Source: Alphaproteobacteria bacterium (GTDB taxonomy: Bacteria; Pseudomonadota; Alphaproteobacteria; Bin95). From it: 64,000 bases of DNA. Below the pieces are notes generated by a model. That model was not told the DNA's origin. It made no database searches and saw only the letters and a list, made by a program, of their open reading frames with translations. This document shows positions 42,854 through 53,033 of this stretch, in pieces (the first letter of the stretch is position 1; each line of letters opens with the position of its first letter). The stretch is taken from contig OZ219786.1 of NCBI GenBank assembly GCA_964291285.2, positions 1,312,001 through 1,376,000 of the forward strand, read 5' to 3'. Both the position numbers and the translations under genes were made by a program.

Positions 42854-44044
42854 TCAGTCGTCGATGGAGGCGACGACGCCGGCGCCGACGGTGCGTCCGC
42901 CCTCGCGGATCGCAAACCGCAACCCCTCGTCCATCGCTATCGGCGCAATCAGGTTCACCCCCATCGACACATTGTCCCCGGGAAGGACCATCTCAACTCC
43001 CTCAGGCAACTCTACCGTCCCCGTAACGTCCGTCGTGCGGAAGTAAAACTGAGGACGGTAGTTCGAGAAAAACGGCGTGTGACGACCGCCCTCGTCCTTC
43101 GTCAGAACATAGCACTCGCAGTGGAACTTCGTGTGAGGACGGATCGAACCGGGGCGCGCCAATACCTGACCGCGCTCCACCTCGTCACGCTTCGTGCCAC
43201 GAAGCAGAACACCCACATTGTCACCCGCCTCGCCCTGGTCCAGAAGCTTCCGGAACATCTCGACGCCCGTGCAGACCGTCTTCGTCGTCTCCTTCAGGCC
43301 CACAATCTCAACATCGTCGCCCACCTTCACGATACCCTGCTCGACACGCCCCGTAACAACCGTCCCGCGTCCCGAGATCGAAAACACGTCCTCGATCGGC
43401 ATCAGAAACGGACGGTCCTTCGGGCGGTCCGGCTGCGGCACATACTCATCCACCGCCTCCATCAGGTCCAGAACCGACTGGCGACCCTGCGCAACGTCAC
43501 CGTCCTCAAGCGCCGCCAAAGCCGAACCCTTCACCACCGGAATGTCGTCGCCCGGAAAGTCGTAGCTCGACAAAAGCTCACGGACCTCCAACTCGACAAG
43601 CTCCAGAAGCTCCTCGTCGTCAACCTGGTCGACCTTGTTCATGTAAACAACAAGTGCCGGAACGCCGACCTGGCGCGCCAGAAGAATGTGCTCCCGCGTC
43701 TGCGGCATCGGGCCGTCCGCTGCGCTCACAACGAGAATCGCGCCGTCCATCTGCGCAGCTCCCGTGATCATGTTCTTCACATAGTCCGCATGGCCCGGGC
43801 AATCCACATGCGCGTAGTGGCGCGACCCCGTCTCATACTCGACATGCGCCGTCGAGATCGTGATGCCCCGGGCCTTCTCCTCCGGAGCCTTGTCAATCTG
43901 GTCATACGCCGTGAACTCGGCGCCACCGGCCTCCGCCAGGATCTTCGTGATCGCCGCCGTCAGCGTCGTCTTGCCATGATCAACATGGCCGATCGTACCT
44001 ATGTTGCAATGCGGCTTCGTGCGCTCAAATCGAGCCTTGCCCAT
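42854..44044 (-). CDS. tufB: Elongation factor Tu (tRNA-linked copy)
   Basis: Protein identical to 26527-27717. Confidence 0.99.
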   Translation of the reverse strand: MGKARFERTKPHCNIGTIGHVDHGKTTLTAAITKILAEAGGAEFTAYDQIDKAPEEKARGITISTAHVEYETGSRHYAHVDCPGHADYVKNMITGAAQMDGAILVVSAADGPMPQTREHILLARQVGVPALVVYMNKVDQVDDEELLELVELEVRELLSSYDFPGDDIPVVKGSALAALEDGDVAQGRQSVLDLMEAVDEYVPQPDRPKDRPFLMPIEDVFSISGRGTVVTGRVEQGIVKVGDDVEIVGLKETTKTVCTGVEMFRKLLDQGEAGDNVGVLLRGTKRDEVERGQVLARPGSIRPHTKFHCECYVLTKDEGGRHTPFFSNYRPQFYFRTTDVTGTVELPEGVEMVLPGDNVSMGVNLIAPIAMDEGLRFAIREGGRTVGAGVVASIDD

Positions 44045-44110
44045 CGACCTCGTCCCGCTGCGATACCTGGGTTCTGGTTTCTAGTCGGTTCCGTTCGTCC
44101 CGGCCGAAGC

Positions 44111-44184
44111 TGGAGCGGGTGACGGGAATCGAACCCGCACAACCAGCTTGGAAGGCTGGGGCTCTACCATTGAGCTACACCCGC
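44111..44184 (-). tRNA. tRNA-Gly (TCC)
   Basis: GCGGGTGTAGCTCAATGGTAGAGC..CTTCCAA..GGTTCGATTCCC..TCCA. Confidence 0.97.
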
Positions 44185-44267
44185 CGGCGCTCCGTCCCGG
44201 TTTCCGTCCGTGCAGTCCTGCGCTGCGCTCACACCCCGCCGTTCGACCGTCGTCCGGGCCGTCCGAA

Positions 44268-44352
44268 TGGTGGAGGGGGTTGGATTCGAACCAACGTAGG
44301 CAACGCCAACGGGTTTACAGCCCGTCCCCTTTAGCCACTCGGGCACCCCTCC
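44268..44352 (-). tRNA. tRNA-Tyr (GTA)
   Basis: GGAGGGGTGCCCGAGTGGCTAAAGGG..CTGTAAA, long variable arm, GGTTCGAATCC..ACCA. Confidence 0.97.
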
Positions 44353-44398
44353 GTTCCGTCCCCGAAACGGCGGGCGAAAATGATATGCTCATGCAGCA

Positions 44399-45181
44399 AT
44401 GTCAATGGCCAATCGGACGCAAAATCGCGGCAAACCGCCCGCGGCCGGCGAACTCTGGCTTCATGGCCGCCACACCGTGGCCGCGGCCCTGGCGAACCCT
44501 TCCCGCAAGGTTCGCCGGCTCCTCCAGACGGAGGCCGGCGAAGCGGAGGCCGCGGCGCGCCGGCGCGGCATTCCCGTCGAAACCGTGGAGCGCCGCCTGC
44601 TCGACCGGCGCTTCGGCACCGGCGCCGTCCACCAGGGCATCGCGCTCCACTGCGAGCCGCTGCCCCCGCCCGACCTGGACGCCATCGCGGCGGAGCCCGG
44701 CCCGGCGCGCCTGCTGCTGCTCGACCGGGTAAGCGATCCGCGCAATGTGGGTGCGGTGCTTCGCTCGGCCGAAGCCTTCGACGTGCGCGCCGTCATCATG
44801 CCGGCCGCCGGTGCGCCGGCGGAGACCGCCGCGCTCGCCAAGGCCGCGGCCGGGGCGCTGGAGCGGGTGCCGCTCGCCCGTGTCGTCAATCTCGCCCGCA
44901 CGCTGGAGCGCCTCAAGGCCGCGGGATACTGGTTCGCCGCGCTTGACGGGACGGCGGACCTGCCGCTCGCGCGCCTCGATCTCACCGGCCGGGTCGGCCT
45001 TGTGCTGGGAGCCGAGGGCGCCGGCATCCGCCGCCTGGTGCGCCGCGCCTGCGACTTCGAGGCCGCAATCCCGATGAGCGGCGGCGCCGACAGCCTCAAT
45101 ATCGCCGTCGCGGCCGGCATCGCCCTTTACGAAGCGCATAGGCAGTCCTACATGGCCAATGCTGCCGCCGGGGCGCCCTGA
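44399..45181 (+). CDS. rlmB: 23S rRNA Gm2251 2'-O-methyltransferase (TrmH/SpoU family)
   Basis: HQGI, DPRNVGAVLRSA, GAEGAG and SLN SPOUT motifs; divergent from tRNA-Tyr. Confidence 0.9.
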   Translation: MSMANRTQNRGKPPAAGELWLHGRHTVAAALANPSRKVRRLLQTEAGEAEAAARRRGIPVETVERRLLDRRFGTGAVHQGIALHCEPLPPPDLDAIAAEPGPARLLLLDRVSDPRNVGAVLRSAEAFDVRAVIMPAAGAPAETAALAKAAAGALERVPLARVVNLARTLERLKAAGYWFAALDGTADLPLARLDLTGRVGLVLGAEGAGIRRLVRRACDFEAAIPMSGGADSLNIAVAAGIALYEAHRQSYMANAAAGAP

Positions 45182-45228
45182 AGCCGCCGCAGCAGCGCCG
45201 GTCAACCGAAAACCTCACGGGAAACACC

Positions 45229-45864
45229 ATGTCTCTGCGTCTAGGCGACGATGCTCCGGACTTCACCGCGGAAACCACCGACGGCGAAGTCTCCTTCCAC
45301 GATTATCTCGGCGACGGCTGGGGCGTCCTCTTCTCCCATCCCGCCGATTTCACCCCGGTCTGCACGACCGAGCTCGCGGCCGCCGCGCGCCTCAAGGGCG
45401 ATTTCGAGAAGCGGAATTGCCGCATTATCGGCCTTTCCGTCGATCCGCTGGGCAGCCACAGGGAATGGGCCAGCGACATCGAGGAAACCCAGGGCCAGGC
45501 GGTCAACTTCCCGATCATCGCCGACCATGACCGGAACGTGTCCACGCTCTACGACATGATCCATCCCAATGCCGCCGAGACGGTGACGGTGCGCTCGGTG
45601 TTCTTCATCGGGCCCGACAAGAAGGTGAAGGCGACGATCACCTACCCGCCTTCCACCGGGCGCAATTTCGACGAGATCCTGCGCACGCTCGATTCGCTCC
45701 AGTTGACCGCCAGCCACAAGGTGGCGACGCCGGTGAACTGGCAGCAGGGCGACGATGTCATCATCCTGCCGGCGCTCACCAACGAGCAGGCGAAGGAGCT
45801 GTTCCCCGATGGCTGGGACGAGCAGAAGCCCTATCTGCGCGTGGTCCCGCAGCCGGGGCGCTGA
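45229..45864 (+). CDS. 1-Cys peroxiredoxin (Prx6)
   Basis: FSHPADFTPVCTTE and YPPSTGRNFDE. Confidence 0.95.
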   Translation: MSLRLGDDAPDFTAETTDGEVSFHDYLGDGWGVLFSHPADFTPVCTTELAAAARLKGDFEKRNCRIIGLSVDPLGSHREWASDIEETQGQAVNFPIIADHDRNVSTLYDMIHPNAAETVTVRSVFFIGPDKKVKATITYPPSTGRNFDEILRTLDSLQLTASHKVATPVNWQQGDDVIILPALTNEQAKELFPDGWDEQKPYLRVVPQPGR

Positions 45865-48044
45865 GCGCCGGCTCCCGCCGACAGGCAGAGGTCCCCGGGC
45901 GGTCCCGGCAGCACCTCGCCGACGACCGCCGCCTGCGCATAGCCGGCGGCGGCGAGCGCGGCCAGGCAATCGGCCGCCCGGTCCCCCGGAACGCCGGCCA
46001 GCAGCCCGCCGGCCGTCTGCGGGTCGAACAGCACCGGGCAGTCTTCCGGGTCGAAGGCCGCCGCCGCCTCATTGGCGGGGTGCAGCGTGCTGCGCACGCC
46101 GCGCGCGATGAGGTCGCGGGCGCCCGGCAGCACGGGCAAGGCGTCGGGCCACAGAACGGCCGCGCGGCCCGAGGCCCGGAGCATTTCGCCGAGATGGCCC
46201 GCAAGGCCGAAGCCGGTGACATCGGTGACGGCGACCGCGCCATGCGCGCGGAACGCCTCGCCCGCCTCGCGGTTGGACTGCTGCATGGCGGCAAGCGCCG
46301 CCCCCAGCCACTCGCCCCGGCAGCGGCCGGCCATGTGCGCGGCGAGGATCGCGCCGGTCCCGAGCGGCTTGGCGAGCACGAGCCGGTCTCCGGCTTCCAG
46401 CCCGTCCTTGCCCGTCAGCCGGTCCTCGCGGCCGTGGCCGTCGAGGGCGAAGCCGAGCGCCAGTTCCGCCCCCTCCGCCGTGTGGCCGCCGACCAGCGCG
46501 CAACCGGCGTCGTTCAACACCTCCAGCGCGCCGCGCAACAGCGCTTCCAGGTCCCGTTCGAGCTTCTCGTCGGGCGCGTGCGGCAAGGTCGCCAGGGCGA
46601 GCGCGGTCTGGGGCTCGGCGCCCATGGCATAGATGTCGCCGAGCGCGTGGTTCGCGGCGATGCGCCCGAAGAGCCAGGGGTCGTCGATGAAAGCGCGGAA
46701 CTGGTCCGCCGTGCGGACGGCGACCCGGCCGGGCGGCGGGCGCACGACCGCGGCGTCGTCGCCGAGGCCGAGCGCCACATCCTCGCGCGGCGCAACCTCC
46801 AGGCGGGCCAGCACGCGCGCCAGCGGGTCCGCCGGCAGTTTCGCGCCGCAGCCCCCGCAGCGCATGTCTTCGGCCCCCGGCATTGCCGGCAGGTCGCGGT
46901 AGCGGTCCATCCAGCGCCGGTCGATGCGGTCCTTCCAGCGCCATGCCCAGCCGCCGGCGGCCGCAAACGGCCCCCAGGAGGCGACCGCCTGCCCGCTCTC
47001 GGTCGAAATCAGCGCGAGCGTCCGTTTCTGCGGCTTGTAAGGGCGCAGGGAGTCGGAGCCCGCCGCCAGCCGGCGCAGGTTCTCCGCCAGAACCGGACCC
47101 TGCCGGACCGCGAAGACGCCCGATTTCGGCAAGGCGCGCGCCCCGAACGCGGCGATATCCCCCGCCGCGAAGACCTGCGGGTGGCTGCGCGAGCGCAGGT
47201 TCCGCCCCACCTCGACGAAACCCCGCCCGTCCACCGCAAGCCCGGAGGCCGCAACCCAGCCGGCCGGGGCCGCCGGCGTCGCCAGGATCACCGCGTCCGC
47301 CGGCAGCATCTCGCCGGTCTCCGTCACCGCGCCGCCGGGCTTGACCGCCGCCACCCGAACGCCCGTCCGCGGCTCGATCCCGCAGCGATGCAGCGCCGCC
47401 CCGATCCTCAGGCGCGCCGCCCGGCCGTAAGCCGGCAGGACCTCGCGCATGTCCGAGACGACCGTGAAATGCGGCCCTTCCGCGGAAATGCCCTGTTCCG
47501 CCAGACGCGCGGCCAGCCTGCGTTTCAGCGCAAGCGTGAGCTCGACGCCGCCCGCGCCCGCGCCCACGGTGACGAGCCGGAACCGCCCCCCGGCCTCCAC
47601 CGCACGGCCCTCGACTTCCTCCCAGTGTTCGAGGAACCGGTCCACCGGCTTGACCGGCAGGGCGTGCTCCGCCCCTTCGATGCCTGCCGGGGACGGCGTC
47701 GAGCCGATGTCGAGCGAGACAAGGTCGAAGGCCAGCGCCGGCCGGCCGTCGATTGCGGCTTCATTGCGGTCGAGGTCGAGGCCCGTCACGGCCCCGTGAA
47801 TGAGCCTCGCGCCGGCGAAGGCTGCCAACGGCGCCAGATCGACATGCGCCTCGTCATGGCTGTAATGGCCCGCGACCAGCCCCGGCAGCATCCCGGAGTA
47901 GGGCGTGGCCAGGTCGCGCGTGGCCAGCGTCAGCCGCACGCCCGGGACCGGGGCCATGCCGAAGCGGCGCAGCACCTCCACATGGGCGTGGCCGCCGCCG
48001 ATCAGCAGGATGTCGGTGCGGACCGGCGCCGGCGCGGGCATCAT
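45831..48044 (-). CDS. selD: FAD-dependent oxidoreductase fused to a selenophosphate synthetase (SelD)-like domain
   Basis: N-terminal IGGGHAH, PYSGMLPG, FAAGD; C-terminal CGGCGAK, DDAA, DIYAMG, GGHT, DVTGFGL.GH, DPQTAGGLL. Confidence 0.9.
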   Translation of the reverse strand: MMPAPAPVRTDILLIGGGHAHVEVLRRFGMAPVPGVRLTLATRDLATPYSGMLPGLVAGHYSHDEAHVDLAPLAAFAGARLIHGAVTGLDLDRNEAAIDGRPALAFDLVSLDIGSTPSPAGIEGAEHALPVKPVDRFLEHWEEVEGRAVEAGGRFRLVTVGAGAGGVELTLALKRRLAARLAEQGISAEGPHFTVVSDMREVLPAYGRAARLRIGAALHRCGIEPRTGVRVAAVKPGGAVTETGEMLPADAVILATPAAPAGWVAASGLAVDGRGFVEVGRNLRSRSHPQVFAAGDIAAFGARALPKSGVFAVRQGPVLAENLRRLAAGSDSLRPYKPQKRTLALISTESGQAVASWGPFAAAGGWAWRWKDRIDRRWMDRYRDLPAMPGAEDMRCGGCGAKLPADPLARVLARLEVAPREDVALGLGDDAAVVRPPPGRVAVRTADQFRAFIDDPWLFGRIAANHALGDIYAMGAEPQTALALATLPHAPDEKLERDLEALLRGALEVLNDAGCALVGGHTAEGAELALGFALDGHGREDRLTGKDGLEAGDRLVLAKPLGTGAILAAHMAGRCRGEWLGAALAAMQQSNREAGEAFRAHGAVAVTDVTGFGLAGHLGEMLRASGRAAVLWPDALPVLPGARDLIARGVRSTLHPANEAAAAFDPEDCPVLFDPQTAGGLLAGVPGDRAADCLAALAAAGYAQAAVVGEVLPGPPGDLCLSAGAGAQRPGCGTTRR

Positions 48045-48063
48045 GGCGCGGAACGCGGCAGCG

Positions 48064-49209
48064 TCAGCGCTGCTTCACGGCCCCGACGGCGTTCAGGCGG
48101 GCGATCTCGGCGGCCGCGAAGCCCCAGTCGCCAAGCGCCTCGTCCGTGTGCTCGCCGGCATGGGCCGGGCCCCTGGAAACGCCGCTCGGCGTGCCCTCGA
48201 ACACCGGGGCCGGCCCCGGCTGGCGCACGCCGTCCACATCGACGAAGCTGCCGCGGGCGACATTGTGGTGGTGCTCCATCGCCTCGGACATGGAGAGCAC
48301 CGGGCCGAAGCAGATGTCGGTCTGCTCCATGATCGCCGTCCACTCGTCGCGGGTCTTGGTCTTGAAGATTTCGCGCAGGCGCTCGCGCGTATCGCGCCAG
48401 CGGGGCCGGTCGAGCTGGTCCGGCAGGTCGGCGTCCTCCAGCCCGGTATGCTTGAGCAGCAGCGCATAGAATTGCGGCTCGATGGAGCCGACCGAGACAT
48501 GCTTGCCGTCGGCGGTCTCATAGACATTGTAGTAATGCGCGCCCTTGTCGAGCCGGTTCTTGCCCCGCTCCTCGACCCAGGCTCCGGAGGCCAGCGCGCC
48601 GTACATCGGCGTCATCAGCGAGGCCGAGCCCTCGACCATCGAGCAGTCCACCACCTGGCCCTTTCCGGTCGTGCGCGCGCTGACGATGCCGGCCAGCATG
48701 CCGACGGCCATGTAGAGCGCGCCGCCGCCGAAATCGCCGACGAGGTTGAGCGGCGGCACCGGCGGGCCGTCCTCCTCGCCGATGGAGTAAAGCGCGCCCG
48801 AGAGCGAGATGTAGTTGATGTCGTGCCCGGCCGTGTGCGCGATGGGTCCGGTCTGGCCCCAGCCGGTCATACGCCCGATCACGAGCTTGGGATTGCGTTC
48901 GAGCAAGGTGTCGGGTGCGAGGCCGAGGCGCTCCATGACGCCCGGCCGGAAGCCTTCCACGACGGCGTCCGCGCCGTCGCAGAGCCGGAGCGCCGTTTCG
49001 CGCCCGTCCGGATGCTTGAGGTCGATGGCGATGTTCTTGCGGCTCCGCAGCAGGGTGTTGAACTTCGGGTGCTCGGCCTCCCTGCCGACATTGGCCGCGC
49101 GGTCCACGCGCAGCACGTCCGCGCCCATGTCCGCGAGCAGCATGCTGCAAAACGGCCCCGGCCCGATGCCGGCGAATTCCACGATCCTGACCCCGTCCAA
49201 CGCGCCCAT
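48064..49209 (-). CDS. CaiB/BaiF CoA transferase, alpha-methylacyl-CoA racemase-like
   Basis: AGIGPGPF, EGFRPGVMERLG, AGHDINY and NLVGDFGGG. Confidence 0.92.
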   Translation of the reverse strand: MGALDGVRIVEFAGIGPGPFCSMLLADMGADVLRVDRAANVGREAEHPKFNTLLRSRKNIAIDLKHPDGRETALRLCDGADAVVEGFRPGVMERLGLAPDTLLERNPKLVIGRMTGWGQTGPIAHTAGHDINYISLSGALYSIGEEDGPPVPPLNLVGDFGGGALYMAVGMLAGIVSARTTGKGQVVDCSMVEGSASLMTPMYGALASGAWVEERGKNRLDKGAHYYNVYETADGKHVSVGSIEPQFYALLLKHTGLEDADLPDQLDRPRWRDTRERLREIFKTKTRDEWTAIMEQTDICFGPVLSMSEAMEHHHNVARGSFVDVDGVRQPGPAPVFEGTPSGVSRGPAHAGEHTDEALGDWGFAAAEIARLNAVGAVKQR

Positions 49210-49274
49210 GGCCTCATTGCTCCCTTTCGGCGTTATGGTGGCGCGAGCATAGCGCGCAAGGAAGGACCCGCAAC

Positions 49275-50489
49275 ATGACCAGGCCGTTTTCCGGCATCCG
49301 CGTCCTGGACTTCACCCAGGTCTTCGCCGGGCCGTTCGGCAGCTACCAGCTCGCCCTGCTCGGTGCGGATGTCATAAAGATCGAGCGGCCGGGCGGCGAG
49401 GACATGCGCTTCTCCCCGCCTTCGAAGCTGTGGGCGGAGCGCGCGATGGCGCCGATGTGGGCCTCGGCCAACGCCAACAAGCGCAATCTCGCGCTCGACC
49501 TGAAGGACCCGGACGCCGTGGCCGCACTCCGCCACATGGCGAAGGGTGCCGATGTGGTGATGGAGAACTTCCGCCCGGGCGTGATGGACCGGCTCGGCCT
49601 CGGCTACGAGGCGCTCTCGGACATCAACCCGCGGCTCATCTATTGCGCGGTTTCGGGCTTCGGCCAGAACGGGCCCGACCGGGAGACGGCGGCCTATGAC
49701 GGCAGGATCCAGGCGACCTCCGGCATCATGTCCGTCACCGGCCATGCCGAGACCGGGCCCGTCAGGGCGGGCTTCGCGGTCTGCGACGCCATCGGCGGCA
49801 TGACGGCCGCCTTCGCCGTGGCGAGCGCGCTCTTCCAGCGCAGCCATACCGGCAGGGGCCAGATGGTCGATGTGGCGATGCTCGACGCCGCGCTCTCCTT
49901 CATGTCGCCGGCGGTGGTGGAATATCTGGTCGCCGGCCACCTGCAGGGCCAGTACGGCAACCAGGCGGTGAGCCGGAAGCCGACCGCCAACCTGTTCAGG
50001 GCGGGCGACGGCCACCTCCTCCTTGCCGTCAACAACGAGAAACAGTTCCGGGCGCTCTGCGCGGCGCTCGGGCGCGAGGACCTGCTGGAGGACCCGCGTT
50101 TCGCCGACTGGGACGCCCGCACCGCCCATGCCGACGAGTTGCGCGAGATTATCGAGGCGGCCTTTGCGGACGGGGGCGCGGAGGCCTGGGAAGACCGGCT
50201 GGAGGACGCCGGGGCGCCGTCCGCACGCATCCGCAGCATCGCCGAGGCGGTCGGCCACCGTCAGCTCGCCCACCGCGACGTGATCCAGGATGTCGAGGGA
50301 CCCTGGGGGCCGATGCGGCTGGTGGGGTCCGGCTTCAAATTGGCGCACGGCTCCGGCGCCATCGACCGGCCGCCGCCCCTGCCGGGGCAGCACAGCGAGG
50401 AGGTGCTGCGCGAAGCGGGCCTGGACGAGGCCCTGCTCCAGCGCCTGCTCGCCCGGTCCGCAACCGACACAGGCGGAGAGACGCCATGA
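49275..50489 (+). CDS. CaiB/BaiF family CoA transferase
   Basis: FAGPF, GADVIKIE, ENFRPGVMDRLG and SGFGQNGP. Confidence 0.92.
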   Translation: MTRPFSGIRVLDFTQVFAGPFGSYQLALLGADVIKIERPGGEDMRFSPPSKLWAERAMAPMWASANANKRNLALDLKDPDAVAALRHMAKGADVVMENFRPGVMDRLGLGYEALSDINPRLIYCAVSGFGQNGPDRETAAYDGRIQATSGIMSVTGHAETGPVRAGFAVCDAIGGMTAAFAVASALFQRSHTGRGQMVDVAMLDAALSFMSPAVVEYLVAGHLQGQYGNQAVSRKPTANLFRAGDGHLLLAVNNEKQFRALCAALGREDLLEDPRFADWDARTAHADELREIIEAAFADGGAEAWEDRLEDAGAPSARIRSIAEAVGHRQLAHRDVIQDVEGPWGPMRLVGSGFKLAHGSGAIDRPPPLPGQHSEEVLREAGLDEALLQRLLARSATDTGGETP

Positions 50490-51601
50490 GCAAACGGCGA
50501 CCGCCCTTCCGCGCCGACCATGTCGGCAGCCTGCTGCGTCCGGCAAGCGTCGTCGAGGCGCGCCGCAAGTGCCTCGACGAGAAGACCATGCCGGCCGAGG
50601 AGCTGCGCGCGATCGAGGACGAGGCGATCACGCAAGCCATCCGCATGCAGGAGGATATCGGGTTCGAGGCGGTGACCGACGGCGAGTACCGCCGCCTGTT
50701 CTGGCATTACGACTTCATGGAGATGCTGACCGGGTTCGAGTTCGAGACGCGCGAACTGGGCGTGCAGTTCGCCGGCGTGCGCCTGCCGCCGCTCTACCCG
50801 ACGATTACGGCCCGGCTCGACTTCCCCGACGACCACCCGATGCTCGACCACTTCAAATTCGTGGCCGCCAACACCACGGTGGCGCCGAAGATCTCGATTC
50901 CCGGCCCGAGCTGCTGCCATTTCCGGCTCACGCCGGACGACATTCATGTGCCGGAATACGCGGACACCGACCTCTTGTTCGCGGACATCGCGGCCACCTA
51001 CCGGAAGGCCGTCGGAGCGTTCTATGCCGCCGGCTGCCGCTATATCCAGCTCGACGACATCTTCTTCGCCTATCTCTGCGACCCGAAGCACCGCGCGGAG
51101 AAGCAGCAGCAGGGCTGGGACCCGGACCGGTTGATCGACCGCTATGCCTGGATGATGAACGAGGCGATCAGGGACCGCCCGGACGACATGACGGTCGCGA
51201 TGCATCTCTGCCGCGGCAATTTCCGGTCCGCCCACGCGGCGGAAGGCGCTTACGACCCTGCCGCCGATGCCGTCTTCAACCGGACCGGGGTCGATATCTT
51301 CTTCATGGAATACGACACCGAGCGCGCCGGCGGGCTGGAGCCGCTGGGTCTGCTGGCCAAGGGCCGCCAGCGCGTGCTGCCGGGCTTCATCACCACCAAG
51401 ACGCCCGAGCTCGAGAGCCTCGACGGCCTCAAGCGGAAGTTCGACGAGGCGTCGCGATATGTCGATCTCGACCAGCTCGGCATCGCGCCGCAATGCGGCT
51501 TCGCCTCGACCGAACACGGCAACAGGATCAGCCATGACGACCAGCGGCGGAAGCTCGAACTGGTGGTGACGCTCGCCGAGGAAATCTGGGGAGGGGTGTA
51601 A
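50486..51601 (+). CDS. Cobalamin-independent methionine synthase II family protein (single-barrel MetE-like)
   Basis: RADHVGSLLRP, TDGEYRR and Zn ligands in HLCRGN, EYD and QCGFAS. Confidence 0.9.
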   Translation: MSKRRPPFRADHVGSLLRPASVVEARRKCLDEKTMPAEELRAIEDEAITQAIRMQEDIGFEAVTDGEYRRLFWHYDFMEMLTGFEFETRELGVQFAGVRLPPLYPTITARLDFPDDHPMLDHFKFVAANTTVAPKISIPGPSCCHFRLTPDDIHVPEYADTDLLFADIAATYRKAVGAFYAAGCRYIQLDDIFFAYLCDPKHRAEKQQQGWDPDRLIDRYAWMMNEAIRDRPDDMTVAMHLCRGNFRSAHAAEGAYDPAADAVFNRTGVDIFFMEYDTERAGGLEPLGLLAKGRQRVLPGFITTKTPELESLDGLKRKFDEASRYVDLDQLGIAPQCGFASTEHGNRISHDDQRRKLELVVTLAEEIWGGV

Positions 51602-51766
51602 GCCCGCCTGGTACGACATCCGGTCCTGTCGGATCGTGACGAAGGAAGGGCAAGGACCGTCGTCCCGGCCCCCGCCTGTTCTCGCCCCCGGGCGGGGAAT
51701 CCGGTAGCTGGTCGGGCTTGCGGCAATTTGTTCTCAATATTCAGGCAATATTTCTCCATTCGGGGC

Positions 51767-51793
51767 TTGCGTTTTCAGAAATTGTGGTATGAT
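51767..51793 (+). promoter_or_regulatory. Putative promoter of dispersed element copy 2
   Basis: TTGCGT..TGgTATGAT (extended -10; 15-bp spacing is short); CAATATT direct repeats upstream; same position as the copy 1 promoter. Confidence 0.5.
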
Positions 51794-52043
51794 GGGTGCA
51801 AGGGAGGAGGCATCCGGAGCCGCTTCCCGCCCGCGCCGGCCCGGTGCGGAACGACCCCGATTCAGCCGACAGGCGAGGTGCGCCCTGTGCCTGCCTCGCG
51901 CCCGCGCAATCAGGCGCGCGAACCGCGCCGGCGCCGACACCCGCCCGCGCCGGCACAGGCGCGCGCAGGATACGCGCGGATAAGGGTCGCTCCCCGCCGG
52001 GCCTGCCTGTCGAACGCCAGCGGAACGAAAGGAGCCGCACACC

Positions 52044-53033
52044 ATGCCCGTCATCGACCCCGCCGTCGCGCTTTCCACCCGCCAGGAAGCCTTCTGCCGC
52101 CACTACACAGCGTCCGGCAATGCCGCAGACGCTGCAAGGCAGGCCGGCTATGCCGAGCGCTCCGCAAGGCAGACCGGATGCGCCCTGCTGGAGCGGCCCT
52201 GGATCGTCGAGCGCGTGCGCCGCATCCGCCTGTCGTGGCGGCGCACCGAACGCGACGAGGCCCGCATCCTGCTCGCCCGCTCGGAGCAGGCCTGGGACGC
52301 CGCCGTCGCCAGCGGCTCGGCTTACATGATGCTCCGGGTGCTGCGCTTCCAGGCCGAGATCGCCGGGCTTGTCAGTCCGGCCGGCGCGAACCGGGCCCGC
52401 CTCTGGCCGCTGCCGCACGAGGACGAGTTCGGCGAGATCGAAGCGGGCGAGGCGCATGTGACCGGCACCGAGCCCGGCCCGCTCGCAGACGCCGTGCGCA
52501 GCGGCCATGCCCGGGCCGAACGAGCGCTCGCCCGCCACCGCGAGCGGCGCGAGGCGATGGAGGCGCAGGAGGGCTTCGACGGGGCCGCGCATGAGGAGGC
52601 CGCCCGCAGGCTCGCCGCGGCCGTCGAGGAGCGCTCCCGCCTGCCCGTCGGCTTCGGCCCCCCGCCCGCGCCGGCAAACGACCTGCCGCCGGCCGACGAC
52701 CCGCCCGAGGAAACCTACGAATACTGCCCCTGGGCCGCCGCCGCCGCACCCGGCCACGAGGACAGCACCGACGACGACCGGGCCGACGGCGCCGAACATG
52801 ACTGGCTCTACCAGCGCCGCAACGGCTACGACGACATCTACGACCCCTGGGCCCCGGAGGAGGTCGAGGAGCGCAGGCAGAGCCGCCTCGAACGGGAAGA
52901 GCGGGGCGAAGACGAAGACAACGACTGGAGCGGACCGGCGGCGAGGAGGAAGAAGCAGAAAAAGAAGAAGGGGAAGAAGCGGAGGACCGGCCCGGAGGAC
53001 GCCGGTTCCGCCCCCGACCATGACAAAACATGA
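52044..53033 (+). CDS. Orphan terminase small subunit-like HTH protein with acidic low-complexity region and polybasic C-terminus
   Basis: LSTRQEAFCRHY..SGNAADAARQAGYAERSA...LL..P resembles the phage TerS N-terminal HTH; AAGGAG RBS. Confidence 0.75.
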   Translation: MPVIDPAVALSTRQEAFCRHYTASGNAADAARQAGYAERSARQTGCALLERPWIVERVRRIRLSWRRTERDEARILLARSEQAWDAAVASGSAYMMLRVLRFQAEIAGLVSPAGANRARLWPLPHEDEFGEIEAGEAHVTGTEPGPLADAVRSGHARAERALARHRERREAMEAQEGFDGAAHEEAARRLAAAVEERSRLPVGFGPPPAPANDLPPADDPPEETYEYCPWAAAAAPGHEDSTDDDRADGAEHDWLYQRRNGYDDIYDPWAPEEVEERRQSRLEREERGEDEDNDWSGPAARRKKQKKKKGKKRRTGPEDAGSAPDHDKT

